A DNA stretch of 64,000 nt. Source: a virus (Duplodnaviria > Caudoviricetes). The notes below the pieces were generated by a model. The model was not told the origin of the DNA. It worked only from the letters and a program-made list of their open reading frames with translations, and made no database searches. Positions 45,428-54,953 of this stretch are shown piece after piece; position 1 is the stretch's first letter, and each line of letters starts with the position of its first letter. Position numbers and translations under genes: made by a program. The stretch spans positions 192,001 through 256,000 of IMG/VR virus record IMGVR_UViG_3300049988_000286. One strand, 5' to 3'.

Positions 45428-47158
45428 TCACGCCTTATTCTGCGCCGCCGTAATCGCTAGTGCGAGGTCGGCATCGACCTCAATCCCGTCCTTGAGTTTT
45501 GCATAGAAGCCCTTCTTCTTCTGCATGGTTTGGCGGTCCGAGTACCACTTCGCCAAAAGCTGCGGGATGATCCCCTCCTGATCGGTTCGGAAGATCGTCC
45601 CGTTAGCAGAGATGCACAAATTGCTCCCCGGTCGGAAAATGAAGTCGTATAATTGGCGTCCCGACATCACCTTGGTGGTCCCGTCATCGAAATCGATCGT
45701 GATCGGTGCACCATCCTTGGCCATCATGTGATCAACCTCCAAGGCCGCGAAGATGCCATCCCACGCTTCTGCGCGAGGCACCTTGTTGGCGATCCGTTGG
45801 TCAACGAGCGCCTTTGTCTCGTCGAGGCGAATCTGGCCCACGATCGTCTCCGGAGAGAGGTTGAGGGCGCGGATAGTCGAGGGATACAGGGAGTTGATGT
45901 CCACGGCGGCGACGTGATCGTGCAAGCCCATCTTGGGCTTGGCCACATAGGCACCCACCACCGGCTTTTTCTTGTTATCAAAGCCGCCCTCCTCGTCGTC
46001 CTCATCCTCGTCGTCCACCTCCTCCTCGATCACCTCCTCGACCCGTGGTTTACGATTGGGGGCAACGAGACCCATCTCGTGCATTTCAAGGATGATGGCC
46101 TGTTCTACCAGCGCCACCGATCCCATCGTCGTCTTTAGCTGCACGCAGTTGACGTGGGCGATCTGATTGGCGAGTTCGATGAAGCGCTTCTTCTTGTCGA
46201 TCTTGACCAGCAGGGCAACGTCCTGTCGGGAGTATTCAACGAACTTGTAGAAGTCCTTCTTGTACAGGTCGTCGAGGGTGCCCTCATAGGGGATTTTGTT
46301 GTCCCCGACTTCGACTTCACCGATATAGTCGAGGCGATAGCTGTGTTGCTGCTGGGGGTTGTGCTTCTGATAGAGTTCCAGATAGTCGAGGTGGACGCGC
46401 CCCATCAGGTCATAGGACTCGTGGTCCTTACCGAATTTGGGAACCATGCGCTGGCGCGGCTTCTGTCGCCATAGACATAGGTCTCGCGTAGCATCCTCGT
46501 CGATAATCCGTTTGATGCGGTTTACGATGTAGGGGATATCGAACAGCGTCGAGTTCCAGCCCGAGAGCACATCCACGTCCTCGATGATCTGCATAAAGGC
46601 GCGCAGAAGTTCCCGCTCGTCATCGAACAGGAAGGTGTCGGGGAACTGATCGCAGATCGCCTGTGCCTCCTCGGTGGTAAGCGTCGGAGGCTTGAGCGCG
46701 AGGCAGATCAATCGATCAACATGCGAGAGGTCGATCGAGATGGCGGTCACAGCATTGAACGGGTCATCGACGGGCGCGTAGCCGCGCTCCGCATGATAAC
46801 CGGTTTCGATATCGAAGAAGCCCACGTTGAGGACGGGCGCGTTGACCCCCTTGTAGTGCTTCTCCAGTGCGCGGAAGACGGGATTGATATCCGACTCGAA
46901 GACTTTGTGCCGGGGTTTACCGTTACGATCGAGATCGTTGGTGAACCGTCCCAATTCCTTGCGGAATTTCTGACCGTCGTTGGTTTTGAAAATCTTGCAC
47001 GCATCGCCGTACATGGATCGATGAGAGCCCGCCGGATGCGAGTAGTAAAAGACATGCTCGCAATCATGTTCGACGAGGTGGCGGACGCCATTCACGTCAC
47101 GCTCGGCAACTTGAATGACGTTCCGCTTGGCGTTGTATAGGGCATCGATGTAAGACAT
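45428..47158 (-). CDS. family B DNA polymerase, N-terminal gene (exonuclease plus palm motif A)
   Basis: ExoI FFDIET, ExoII GWNS..FDIPY, ExoIII Y...DV, motif A DINSLYPS and GIIPQLLAKWYSDR; stops in the fingers region. Confidence 0.93.
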   Translation of the reverse strand: MSYIDALYNAKRNVIQVAERDVNGVRHLVEHDCEHVFYYSHPAGSHRSMYGDACKIFKTNDGQKFRKELGRFTNDLDRNGKPRHKVFESDINPVFRALEKHYKGVNAPVLNVGFFDIETGYHAERGYAPVDDPFNAVTAISIDLSHVDRLICLALKPPTLTTEEAQAICDQFPDTFLFDDERELLRAFMQIIEDVDVLSGWNSTLFDIPYIVNRIKRIIDEDATRDLCLWRQKPRQRMVPKFGKDHESYDLMGRVHLDYLELYQKHNPQQQHSYRLDYIGEVEVGDNKIPYEGTLDDLYKKDFYKFVEYSRQDVALLVKIDKKKRFIELANQIAHVNCVQLKTTMGSVALVEQAIILEMHEMGLVAPNRKPRVEEVIEEEVDDEDEDDEEGGFDNKKKPVVGAYVAKPKMGLHDHVAAVDINSLYPSTIRALNLSPETIVGQIRLDETKALVDQRIANKVPRAEAWDGIFAALEVDHMMAKDGAPITIDFDDGTTKVMSGRQLYDFIFRPGSNLCISANGTIFRTDQEGIIPQLLAKWYSDRQTMQKKKGFYAKLKDGIEVDADLALAITAAQNKA

Positions 47159-47196
47159 AACACTACTTTACTTGCCCTAAGGCTGATTCGCCAATA

Positions 47197-47439
47197 TTAC
47201 TCGCAATGAGACCAAGCCAGTTTGAACAACGTGGCATCATGCTCGTCTTCGATACGGACCACTGCTGCGATCGTGAGACCATTCTCCCGGTGGATGGAGA
47301 AGAAATGTCGGCCCTCAATATTAGCCTTGATCCAACGCTTCACTTCTGCGATTTGGAACCGGCCTCTGATCTTACCAAGACCGAAGCAGGACCAGTTGGC
47401 TTGTTCAAGCCTCCGCTTCCGGGTTCTGCTTTCCACCAC
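47197..47439 (-). CDS. hypothetical protein (small paralog family)
   Basis: EVKRWIKANIEG...RIEDEHDATLFKLAW. Confidence 0.6.
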   Translation of the reverse strand: MVESRTRKRRLEQANWSCFGLGKIRGRFQIAEVKRWIKANIEGRHFFSIHRENGLTIAAVVRIEDEHDATLFKLAWSHCE

Positions 47440-47992
47440 TGCTAAACTTCTTCCATACGGTTAGATCATATTCCGCCACAGTCATCCCGCTCGCGTCGGC
47501 GAGTTCAAGGAAGGCGGCTTCCAACGATGCGTAGAGTTTGCCCGCCGGGGGCGTTGCCTTGGGGGCCTCGATGCCGTGTTCGCGCAGATGGCGGAGAACA
47601 TGCGTGTCGAGAGCGGCGTGGCGGACACCGGGGCGTGACATCATTACGAACATGCGAGCCGTCTTGGGGCCGCAGCCGTGAATGGCTTCGAGATCGGCCA
47701 CCGAACACGAGCGGAGATCGAGCGCCATGCTTTCGAGAAACTGTCGAGAGAGCCGGGTGTACTGCCCGAGGCGGCTCGACTTGACCGCTTCCAGCATGTG
47801 GTCCTCACCGATGCCACGAAGCTTCTCGAACGGTGTCTCGCCAGTGTGGGCGAGCATGAAGTCGTTCAGGAGGGCGGCTTGCCGAGAGGCTTTCTTGCCC
47901 GCCACCACGCAACTGAACAGCCACCAGAGTTGAAGTTCGCCGTCAGTGCGCTCGTAGTTGATCACATCTGTGGGATCAATGAGATAGTCCAT
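47405..47992 (-). CDS. HhH-superfamily DNA glycosylase (Ogg2-like)
   Basis: HhH motif IHGCGPKTARMF with Lys, and ALDTHVLRHL with the catalytic Asp. Confidence 0.75.
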   Translation of the reverse strand: MDYLIDPTDVINYERTDGELQLWWLFSCVVAGKKASRQAALLNDFMLAHTGETPFEKLRGIGEDHMLEAVKSSRLGQYTRLSRQFLESMALDLRSCSVADLEAIHGCGPKTARMFVMMSRPGVRHAALDTHVLRHLREHGIEAPKATPPAGKLYASLEAAFLELADASGMTVAEYDLTVWKKFSSGGKQNPEAEA

Positions 47993-48200
47993 GATGATCC
48001 TTCAATAGCTGCTCGTATAGGTTGTAGAGGTTGTTGAACTTGAGATCGTAGAGACTACGCAATCCGAGCAGGATATTGGCGGTCTCATCATCGGACATTT
48101 CGGGACCGTCGCAGATAGCGCGGTAGAGAACGTCGATGTCGTCGGTGATCTGCCAGCACGACATAAGGGGTTGTTCTAGGTCGTTGAGCTTTGCCACCAT
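47976..48200 (-). CDS. hypothetical protein
   Basis: 74 aa; GGAGA SD. Confidence 0.7.
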   Translation of the reverse strand: MVAKLNDLEQPLMSCWQITDDIDVLYRAICDGPEMSDDETANILLGLRSLYDLKFNNLYNLYEQLLKDHHGLSH

Positions 48201-48241
48201 CGTTCTCCAACAGGGGGAGGATCGCTCCTCCCCATGGGGTT

Positions 48242-48499
48242 TTAGGCGCGACCGGCGACGACGAGGATTTCCTCGATGATATCGACGTTCTCCTTGGTGT
48301 CTTCGAGCGACTGCTTGTGCGCAGCGCGGGCAGCACCCATAAGCTGCGAGGGCTTGACGCCAAGCTCTTCCGCCAAGGTCTTCGACAGATCAGACAGACC
48401 ACCCTTGAGGTCTTCGATTTCGAGGAAGATTCGAAGACTCTCGTCGATGAAGGTCTTCACTTTGGCGATCGAGGTGTTCGAGAGAGTGTCCAGAGCCAT
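48242..48499 (-). CDS. DsbA/GapR-like small dsDNA-binding protein
   Basis: 85-aa helical protein; coiled coil followed by LAEELGVKP...AAR..HK pattern. Confidence 0.55.
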   Translation of the reverse strand: MALDTLSNTSIAKVKTFIDESLRIFLEIEDLKGGLSDLSKTLAEELGVKPSQLMGAARAAHKQSLEDTKENVDIIEEILVVAGRA

Positions 48500-48604
48500 T
48501 ACTTTATTCCTGCATACCAGTGATTTGGTGAACCAGTATCTACAGGGCGGGAGTCCTTGGCGTCAAAATTGAAATCACCCGTGGTTGATTTCCCGAACTC
48601 TGGG

Positions 48605-48632
48605 TTGACGGCTTGGGGGAGTGTGCTACACC
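48605..48632 (+). promoter_or_regulatory. alphaproteobacterial sigma70 promoter
   Basis: TTGACG-N14-GCTACACC, close to the Caulobacter TTGACG...GCTANAWC consensus. Confidence 0.55.
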
Positions 48633-48655
48633 AAGGCGATCAACAGGAGCGCGAC

Positions 48656-48970
48656 ATGGATTTCGTAAACGACCTTCTCGCCGCCAAGGCGGACTTCAAC
48701 GCTGGGGCGATCGACGTGCCCACCCTGACGGACCGGATTGCAGACGTGCGCGATGCGATCATCGCCGCGCCGGAGACCGATAAGGTAACGGCGTTTGACA
48801 AGATCGTGATGGCGTTCTTCGAGCCTTTGATCGAACCCGAGGAAGAATACCAGCCCGGCATCCTCTATCTCGACAGCGATTCGATGCACTACACCCACGA
48901 GGCGCTGGCAAAGGCGATCTGCGGCAAGAGGTATTACGAATTCGAGAACGGCCTCTACGAGGGTGGCTAA
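48656..48970 (+). CDS. hypothetical (early) protein
   Basis: AGGAG SD; 104 aa. Confidence 0.7.
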   Translation: MDFVNDLLAAKADFNAGAIDVPTLTDRIADVRDAIIAAPETDKVTAFDKIVMAFFEPLIEPEEEYQPGILYLDSDSMHYTHEALAKAICGKRYYEFENGLYEGG

Positions 48971-48977
48971 TCCACCT

Positions 48978-49202
48978 TCATAGCATCATCGCCAAAATGG
49001 CGAGATGCTCTGTCTCGCAATCGATCACAACCTCGGTGCCTCGATCGCGTTCGAGGTTTTTAATATACCATTCGCCGATGACAGACTCACTGGCGATCAG
49101 AAACGCGAGGATGCGGCTCATGCAAGGCATTGGATTGGCACCCGAGATGATCACCTTGGTGCCGTCTCGCGTCATCGACAGGGCAGGTAGCGCGTGATCC
49201 AC
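48978..49202 (-). CDS. hypothetical protein (divergent paralog family member)
   Basis: EWYIKN...IDCETEHLAILAMML; start uncertain. Confidence 0.5.
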   Translation of the reverse strand: MDHALPALSMTRDGTKVIISGANPMPCMSRILAFLIASESVIGEWYIKNLERDRGTEVVIDCETEHLAILAMML

Positions 49203-49471
49203 TTCGGATATCCCTGTGGCGTCATGATGATGTCGGGCACCGCGCGCGCATCGTCACCAGTCTCGATCCAACCGCTGCCGTAGCAGAGGTCGCAGATCGC
49301 CCGCTTCGAGCGAAACGACACCATATCAATCTCGGCGTTCCACTGACCGTGCTGGTGACAGACCGGACACGGTTCATCAAGGGCACCGTTGCGGGGTAGC
49401 AGCGGGATGTTGAAGAACGCCAGCGAGTGCTCGGGCGTGATCCCCGTCTTGATGTCGCTCGCGTGTGCCAT
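49172..49471 (-). CDS. small zinc-finger protein (two CxxCxxxG motifs)
   Basis: CPVCHQHG and CDLCYGSG; AAGGAG SD. Confidence 0.65.
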   Translation of the reverse strand: MAHASDIKTGITPEHSLAFFNIPLLPRNGALDEPCPVCHQHGQWNAEIDMVSFRSKRAICDLCYGSGWIETGDDARAVPDIIMTPQGYPKWITRYLPCR

Positions 49472-49518
49472 GAAGGTCTCCTTACAGTTCCCTTACCGTA
49501 AGGAGACCCAATGATCAA

Positions 49519-50892
49519 TTAGATTTTATCACCGGGCGCGAGGCCCCTGACGGCGTTGAACGACGGGAAGCGCAACGAATAGTTGTTCGTACCTCGCTCC
49601 TTTTCGTTCTGGGTCAACTCATCGGCGTGAACCTCAATGATGTAGCCCATGATCTCTCCGGGATTGGCCCAGAAATGACGACGCTGCTCATCGGACATAC
49701 CCGTAGAGACCTTGGTGCGGATGAAGCGGCCCTCGTCCCGTCCCTCACAGACCAGCGCCCCCAAGGTGTCGAAATACTTGCCCTCCGGCTCGCCCTGTTC
49801 CATCCCCACGACGGTGAGATCGACGGCGATGAAGGGCTTCCACTTCAACCAATTGGTGCCCTTCTTGCACACATAGGGGGCCTCGGTATCCTTGATCATG
49901 AAGCCCTCGATGACGTTGGTGGCACCAGCGGCGGCAGCGGCTTCCATGACCTCGCGCTGGAACTCCGCCATCCGGGCCTTGCCCTCGTCGGTGGAGAGAT
50001 CGACCTCGATCTTGGGGAGCACGCTCACCGCCGTCATCGACAACTCCTGCATGGTGGGGAGGAGTGCTACCAAGGTCTCGTGGCGGCGACGCTGGGTGAT
50101 CGCGCATTTCCCGGTCTTGAAGTCAGCGAGTGGAACGATGTCGAACAACGCAACCTTGTGCTCTTCTGTCTTCACGCCGGTATTGCGGTTTAGCTGCGAC
50201 ATCAACTCTTGAAAGGTCTGGCCCACCACCTCGCCATCGAACACCACCGAAGCGGGAAGATGCGGGATCAACCGCTCGAATTCGGCGCGGAGGTGGGGGA
50301 AGTTGTCGTTCTGATTGCCGTTGCGGGTGTATTGGGTGACCGTCTTCGACTCGATATCCACGACGGTCAGGAGCCGAACGCCGTTCAGCTTCACATCGAG
50401 GAACTTCTTCCCGCTCATCTTCTTGGGATGCTCGTCCCCCGACTTGGCAAGCTGGCACGAGAACACCGGTACCATATACTGGCTCGCCTCCGGGGTGCCG
50501 ATCGCGGTCAGGACGCGGTTGACCGTCGAGTGATCGAAGCCCGCCTTGAAATCCTTGAGCAAGATGCGGCGGTAGAAGGTGTTCCACACCTCGCTATCGC
50601 TACGGTCGGCGGCTTCGTGCATGGCCGCGATGGCGGCGTGCCCGGTAAGCTCGCGCTTCCGCAACCGCTCTGCGAATTTCATGAAATCTGTGAAGGAGAG
50701 ATCACCCCCACCCTCGTCTTCCAGCACCGTGACCTTCTTCATCCCGTAAGTCAGGGTGGGGTCGAGGCACTGCCGAGCCGCCGCGAAGAACTCACGGTGA
50801 CCATTCTCGAAGGACTCGCGGATCAGCCGTTCCTTTTCCAAACGGCCCGACGTAGCCTCGACGGCCTTGATCAGCTTTACGGCATCAGTCAT
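49519..50892 (-). CDS. lig: ATP-dependent DNA ligase
   Basis: Motif I KLNGVR, FDGE, LFDIVP, EGFMIKD, WLKWKP and SLRFP. Confidence 0.93.
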   Translation of the reverse strand: MTDAVKLIKAVEATSGRLEKERLIRESFENGHREFFAAARQCLDPTLTYGMKKVTVLEDEGGGDLSFTDFMKFAERLRKRELTGHAAIAAMHEAADRSDSEVWNTFYRRILLKDFKAGFDHSTVNRVLTAIGTPEASQYMVPVFSCQLAKSGDEHPKKMSGKKFLDVKLNGVRLLTVVDIESKTVTQYTRNGNQNDNFPHLRAEFERLIPHLPASVVFDGEVVGQTFQELMSQLNRNTGVKTEEHKVALFDIVPLADFKTGKCAITQRRRHETLVALLPTMQELSMTAVSVLPKIEVDLSTDEGKARMAEFQREVMEAAAAAGATNVIEGFMIKDTEAPYVCKKGTNWLKWKPFIAVDLTVVGMEQGEPEGKYFDTLGALVCEGRDEGRFIRTKVSTGMSDEQRRHFWANPGEIMGYIIEVHADELTQNEKERGTNNYSLRFPSFNAVRGLAPGDKI

Positions 50893-51455
50893 CACTTCAC
50901 CCCATCGTCGGTTGCGCGGTATTGATCCATGGCAGCCGCCCACTTCCCGATTTTGGCCTCGAACAGATCAGTGACGCGCTGCGCGATCACCGCTCGGTTC
51001 TGATCCTCCGGGATGAGGGCGAAGCACATGTTGGCTGCGTGCTGGATACCACGCGATACCGCGCCGTAAAAGCCCATCGGATTATTTCCCACGAGGCACT
51101 CTGCTGCACGCGAGACCGCGCCCGCTACCGCAAAGGTCTCCTGCATGAGCAGCGTCGCGTTGTCGAAACGATTTTCGGTCGCGATCGAGATTTGCGCCGG
51201 AATGAGGGGTGATGGGGGATAGTTGGTGATCTCGGTTAGGGCGACATCGATGAGGACGATCAGCGTATCGACCGACTCCTCGCGATAGTCGAGCCAAGTC
51301 TTGTTCTTGTAGTTGTGCGGAGACGATGTGCTCAAATACGCCTCTGCGGATTCACCGAGTTCTTCCAAGACTTTGAGAAGACGGCGTTGTAGATTATCGG
51401 GGGAGCGATAGGGATTGACCTCTCGCACCATACCGACGAGTACATCCATGACCAT
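50892..51455 (-). CDS. MazG-like NTP pyrophosphohydrolase
   Basis: KVLEELGESAEA...REESVDTLIVLIDV. Confidence 0.6.
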   Translation of the reverse strand: MVMDVLVGMVREVNPYRSPDNLQRRLLKVLEELGESAEAYLSTSSPHNYKNKTWLDYREESVDTLIVLIDVALTEITNYPPSPLIPAQISIATENRFDNATLLMQETFAVAGAVSRAAECLVGNNPMGFYGAVSRGIQHAANMCFALIPEDQNRAVIAQRVTDLFEAKIGKWAAAMDQYRATDDGVK

Positions 51456-51537
51456 TGATACTAGACCTCGATATAGACTTTACGATGAGGACCATATCGG
51501 GTAAGAGCAACGCGAGCAACATTATTCGAGACCTGAT

Positions 51538-52245
51538 ATGCACCTCTGCCTAAAGCGGTGGATCGCCGGGCAGCGGCACGACGATCCCCATGATCCTGAA
51601 TGGTCAGCTACCCGCGATGGTATCCTGAACCACCGGGGGTTACCCGTGGGTATCGCGTACGAGAACCTCGCACTTGGCGGACGCGATCACATCATCGCTT
51701 CGGGGTCGCGGGTCCGCGATAAGATCGCAAAGGCGTTAGGAGCACGCTATTTCGTCGAATATCACGATCTCCCAGCGGTGGTGAGCGGGTTTGCCGCGCT
51801 TGTGATCACGGATCAGCGGCGACACTTCCACTGTCTGAACCGCATCTATGAGACGAACAAGTTCCTCGATCTCATCGGTGCACGACCCCGCTTCGCATCA
51901 GGTCACGCCTATGTCGATGATGATGACAGCTTTGTCGCCGACGAACTCACCCATCTCCTGTACGTGTATCGCGGTTCACCCGCCGAGTACTTCTTTTACA
52001 CCGAGCACGCTGATGATGTCGCAGTCCTCAACGGCTCGACTGCCTTCCACTATTGTTCACCCTACGGCCACAACTGGTGGCTATCTCGCAACGAACATGA
52101 GGCGACACTCTTCCGGATAGGTGCGGTCTCCGCCCTATGCGTCACGGTGGAGAAACCGCTTCGCACAGGAGAGAAGTGGCCGCTAATTCAGCGCTATTAC
52201 GATGATGCGGGAGTAGTAGCCGCGTCGTTGCTGGAGGAGGCTTGA
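51538..52245 (+). CDS. hypothetical protein
   Basis: 235 aa; contains an NEHEATLFR family-like motif. Confidence 0.6.
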   Translation: MHLCLKRWIAGQRHDDPHDPEWSATRDGILNHRGLPVGIAYENLALGGRDHIIASGSRVRDKIAKALGARYFVEYHDLPAVVSGFAALVITDQRRHFHCLNRIYETNKFLDLIGARPRFASGHAYVDDDDSFVADELTHLLYVYRGSPAEYFFYTEHADDVAVLNGSTAFHYCSPYGHNWWLSRNEHEATLFRIGAVSALCVTVEKPLRTGEKWPLIQRYYDDAGVVAASLLEEA

Positions 52246-54953
52246 GCCTGTGGCGCTGCTTGGTTAAGCCACGCCTCGGCTTCGGCCGCTGCGTGAGCCT
52301 CGGCTTCGGCTGCCGCTACTTTCGCCTTATGGCGCTCTACGTGGTCGCGATATAGGTCAATGACCTCCGGATGCGGCATATACATGTGCTCGATCTGATC
52401 ATGAAGAATACGATCAAGTTGCTCCTCCTCGCTATGGCCATAATACTCGATAGTTCGTTTCACCGCAGCCATCTGCAACTCAAGGCGGAGATCATCGGGG
52501 ACATCGTTGAAGAAAATCTTCTCTGCGACCATCCGTGCAGCGTTCGCAGACGAGAGGGTGGCAAACTCGCGCATGTACCGCTCCGAGACTTTCAGCTTGC
52601 CGTAGATGTCTGACCGATATGAGTAGAGTAAAGTTTTCGCCAGATCGCTATCGACTTCAACAGTCCCAAACAACGCGCTCCATGAGTTAGCGGGTAGACT
52701 ATTGTAATTGTAGTAGGTTGGTAGCGGCTTGAACATACCACCCATGAGATTATCGTTGATCAACAGCGCATTCTTGGGATCGTCGCGGAGACAAGCAGCC
52801 ACGATCGCTTCTTGATTGTCAGAGAAGTAGTAGAAGTATTCGTTCTCCATATTGGTTGTTCCCAACAGATGCTTCTTCATCAATGTCCAAGCATCATCGG
52901 CGAGAATATTCCGAACGAACGTCATATTGTTCTTGAGCTTCTCCCAATGCTTGTCAACAACCTTAAACGCGACGTCGGGTTCGACATAGCAATCGATCTT
53001 ATCAATCAAAGCAGGATGATGGTCACAGATGCTCTCCACCATGTCACTCCGAATGTGGTAGGCAAGTCCGGGGGCTAGAGCAATGCATTTGATACGAAGG
53101 GCGGAACTCGGAAGCGAGTAGGCGGGCCATGCATTCGAATTGAAGGCGACATCGGCGGTATTTGGGCTCACGTTCTTGGTGAACTCTTCCTCGGTGATAA
53201 GGCCACTGCGCGTCCCAGCAATGATGGTGGACTTCGACCACGGAGCAGGAGTCCGGCTGTTACAGTTTCGCCATGCCGCTCTGATCAAGACTTGTTGTTG
53301 TGCATCAGACAGTCCTCCCTGCCTCATCATCAACATGGCCCAATCCGGCTTCTTACGCAACATCGCATCCATGTGCGGAGCCAACAGCTTCTGCGCTTCT
53401 TCAAATCTCGGATATACTCCATCGTAGCGATTCAAGTAGTAGCCGAGCGCATACTTTGGATCATCGATAATGAGCCGCTTCATCCATTCAACAGAGGGTT
53501 CGAAGGTTCTCTTTTCAGTCCCGTTACGCGCCAGTAGAATCTTCCCGAACTTGATCGGGATGAGATCGCCATAGGTGTCGAAGTTGTTGCCGGTGCGCAT
53601 AAAGCGGTACCAGTCAGCGAAGCCGAGATTGACGCGATCGTCCTTGACCATCCGTCGCGGGAAGGCGGCGAACATCGCCTTTGCGACTTCACCCTCCATG
53701 ACGATATTGGCTTTGTTGATCATATCAACGGCGCAATCAAAGCTATCCCAATTGACACGAGGGTTAGCAAGCGCATCGAGGAACCCCATGACGGCATTCT
53801 TTGACATAACCGGGGCTTCTTTGATATCCTCGACCAGACGATTCGAATCCCAAGAATGCGCGACGATGGCGCTGTCCCAAACAAGCTTCCAAACATTCCG
53901 GGTTGCACGAGGGAATACTTCCTCGATATTCTTCCAAGAGTACGTTCCGTTGTTAAGCGCTGCCGTGACCGCCACTGTATCCTTGATCGGCCCGAATGCG
54001 CGTGCTCCCTCAAGCGTATCTTTGTTGAACATCAGACCATAGGGCCAATGGGTTCCAAACTGCTCATTGATCGCGCGCTTCTCGATAGCACCCAACTGGC
54101 TCGCAAGCCATTTCATTCCATCAACGTCTAGGTGAGGCAGCACCTTCCCGAAGACGAGAGGATTGACGGCAGTGAGGTTGATCTTCTTTGAGTTGATGCC
54201 CTTCGCAAGCCCCTGACGGTATGTGTGCGAATCCTCCTCACGATTAGCACGATCACGCTGCAACATGCCCGCCACCTTGAATGCCTGTGTCGTGAAGAAC
54301 ACCGCCTGTGTAGGCTCGGAAGTGTGAACAACACCTTCGCCGAGATCATCCACATACTGGTTGACGCCGATCATGCGCATGATCACGTTCCAAGCCGTCG
54401 TCGCTTTCTTTGACGGTGTGGTCTCAAGCGCCGCGTATGCATTGGCAAAGACTCGGGTAGTGTTCCAGAAGCGTGATCGCGGAGTCGCTTGGTTCGCGGT
54501 AGCAATCGCCTCTCCGATCATTTTGCTTGCCTTCTCCTCGCCGAGCATCTGCTCCATCAAGGCGTGAAGTTTGTCCTCGTAGGGCTTGAGGTCGGTCTTG
54601 CTATCGATGTAGCCCTCTGTTGAACGACGCAAGATATAGAGAAAGCGCCATTCTGTCTTACCCGTATAAGGACCAGTGATCTTCCCTTTGTCCTTGCTAT
54701 ATTGGATAATATAATCGATGGGATAGCAGTAGATACCAATCGGAGTCCCGTAGGAGTTGTTGGGATTGATACCGATCTTGTGCTGCTTATCCGGATTACG
54801 AACCTCTTTGCCGTTGTGCTCCGAGAAGCTTGATGTGAAGGATACGAAGATATCCTTGTCGCCCGCGTAACGGCTCAACTCCGCGAAGCTGCTCTGTCGC
54901 GTGTTGAGTTCAGGATTGCTACGCGCCTCGATGAGTTCCCGGAAGGTGTTCAC
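52197..54953 (-). CDS. large hypothetical protein, candidate internal head/ejected protein (918 aa)
   Basis: N-terminus MNTFRELIEAR carries an L-X-E motif; same operon as a TAAATA promoter; visibly more AT-rich codon usage. Confidence 0.7.
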   Translation of the reverse strand: MNTFRELIEARSNPELNTRQSSFAELSRYAGDKDIFVSFTSSFSEHNGKEVRNPDKQHKIGINPNNSYGTPIGIYCYPIDYIIQYSKDKGKITGPYTGKTEWRFLYILRRSTEGYIDSKTDLKPYEDKLHALMEQMLGEEKASKMIGEAIATANQATPRSRFWNTTRVFANAYAALETTPSKKATTAWNVIMRMIGVNQYVDDLGEGVVHTSEPTQAVFFTTQAFKVAGMLQRDRANREEDSHTYRQGLAKGINSKKINLTAVNPLVFGKVLPHLDVDGMKWLASQLGAIEKRAINEQFGTHWPYGLMFNKDTLEGARAFGPIKDTVAVTAALNNGTYSWKNIEEVFPRATRNVWKLVWDSAIVAHSWDSNRLVEDIKEAPVMSKNAVMGFLDALANPRVNWDSFDCAVDMINKANIVMEGEVAKAMFAAFPRRMVKDDRVNLGFADWYRFMRTGNNFDTYGDLIPIKFGKILLARNGTEKRTFEPSVEWMKRLIIDDPKYALGYYLNRYDGVYPRFEEAQKLLAPHMDAMLRKKPDWAMLMMRQGGLSDAQQQVLIRAAWRNCNSRTPAPWSKSTIIAGTRSGLITEEEFTKNVSPNTADVAFNSNAWPAYSLPSSALRIKCIALAPGLAYHIRSDMVESICDHHPALIDKIDCYVEPDVAFKVVDKHWEKLKNNMTFVRNILADDAWTLMKKHLLGTTNMENEYFYYFSDNQEAIVAACLRDDPKNALLINDNLMGGMFKPLPTYYNYNSLPANSWSALFGTVEVDSDLAKTLLYSYRSDIYGKLKVSERYMREFATLSSANAARMVAEKIFFNDVPDDLRLELQMAAVKRTIEYYGHSEEEQLDRILHDQIEHMYMPHPEVIDLYRDHVERHKAKVAAAEAEAHAAAEAEAWLNQAAPQAQASSSNDAATTPASS

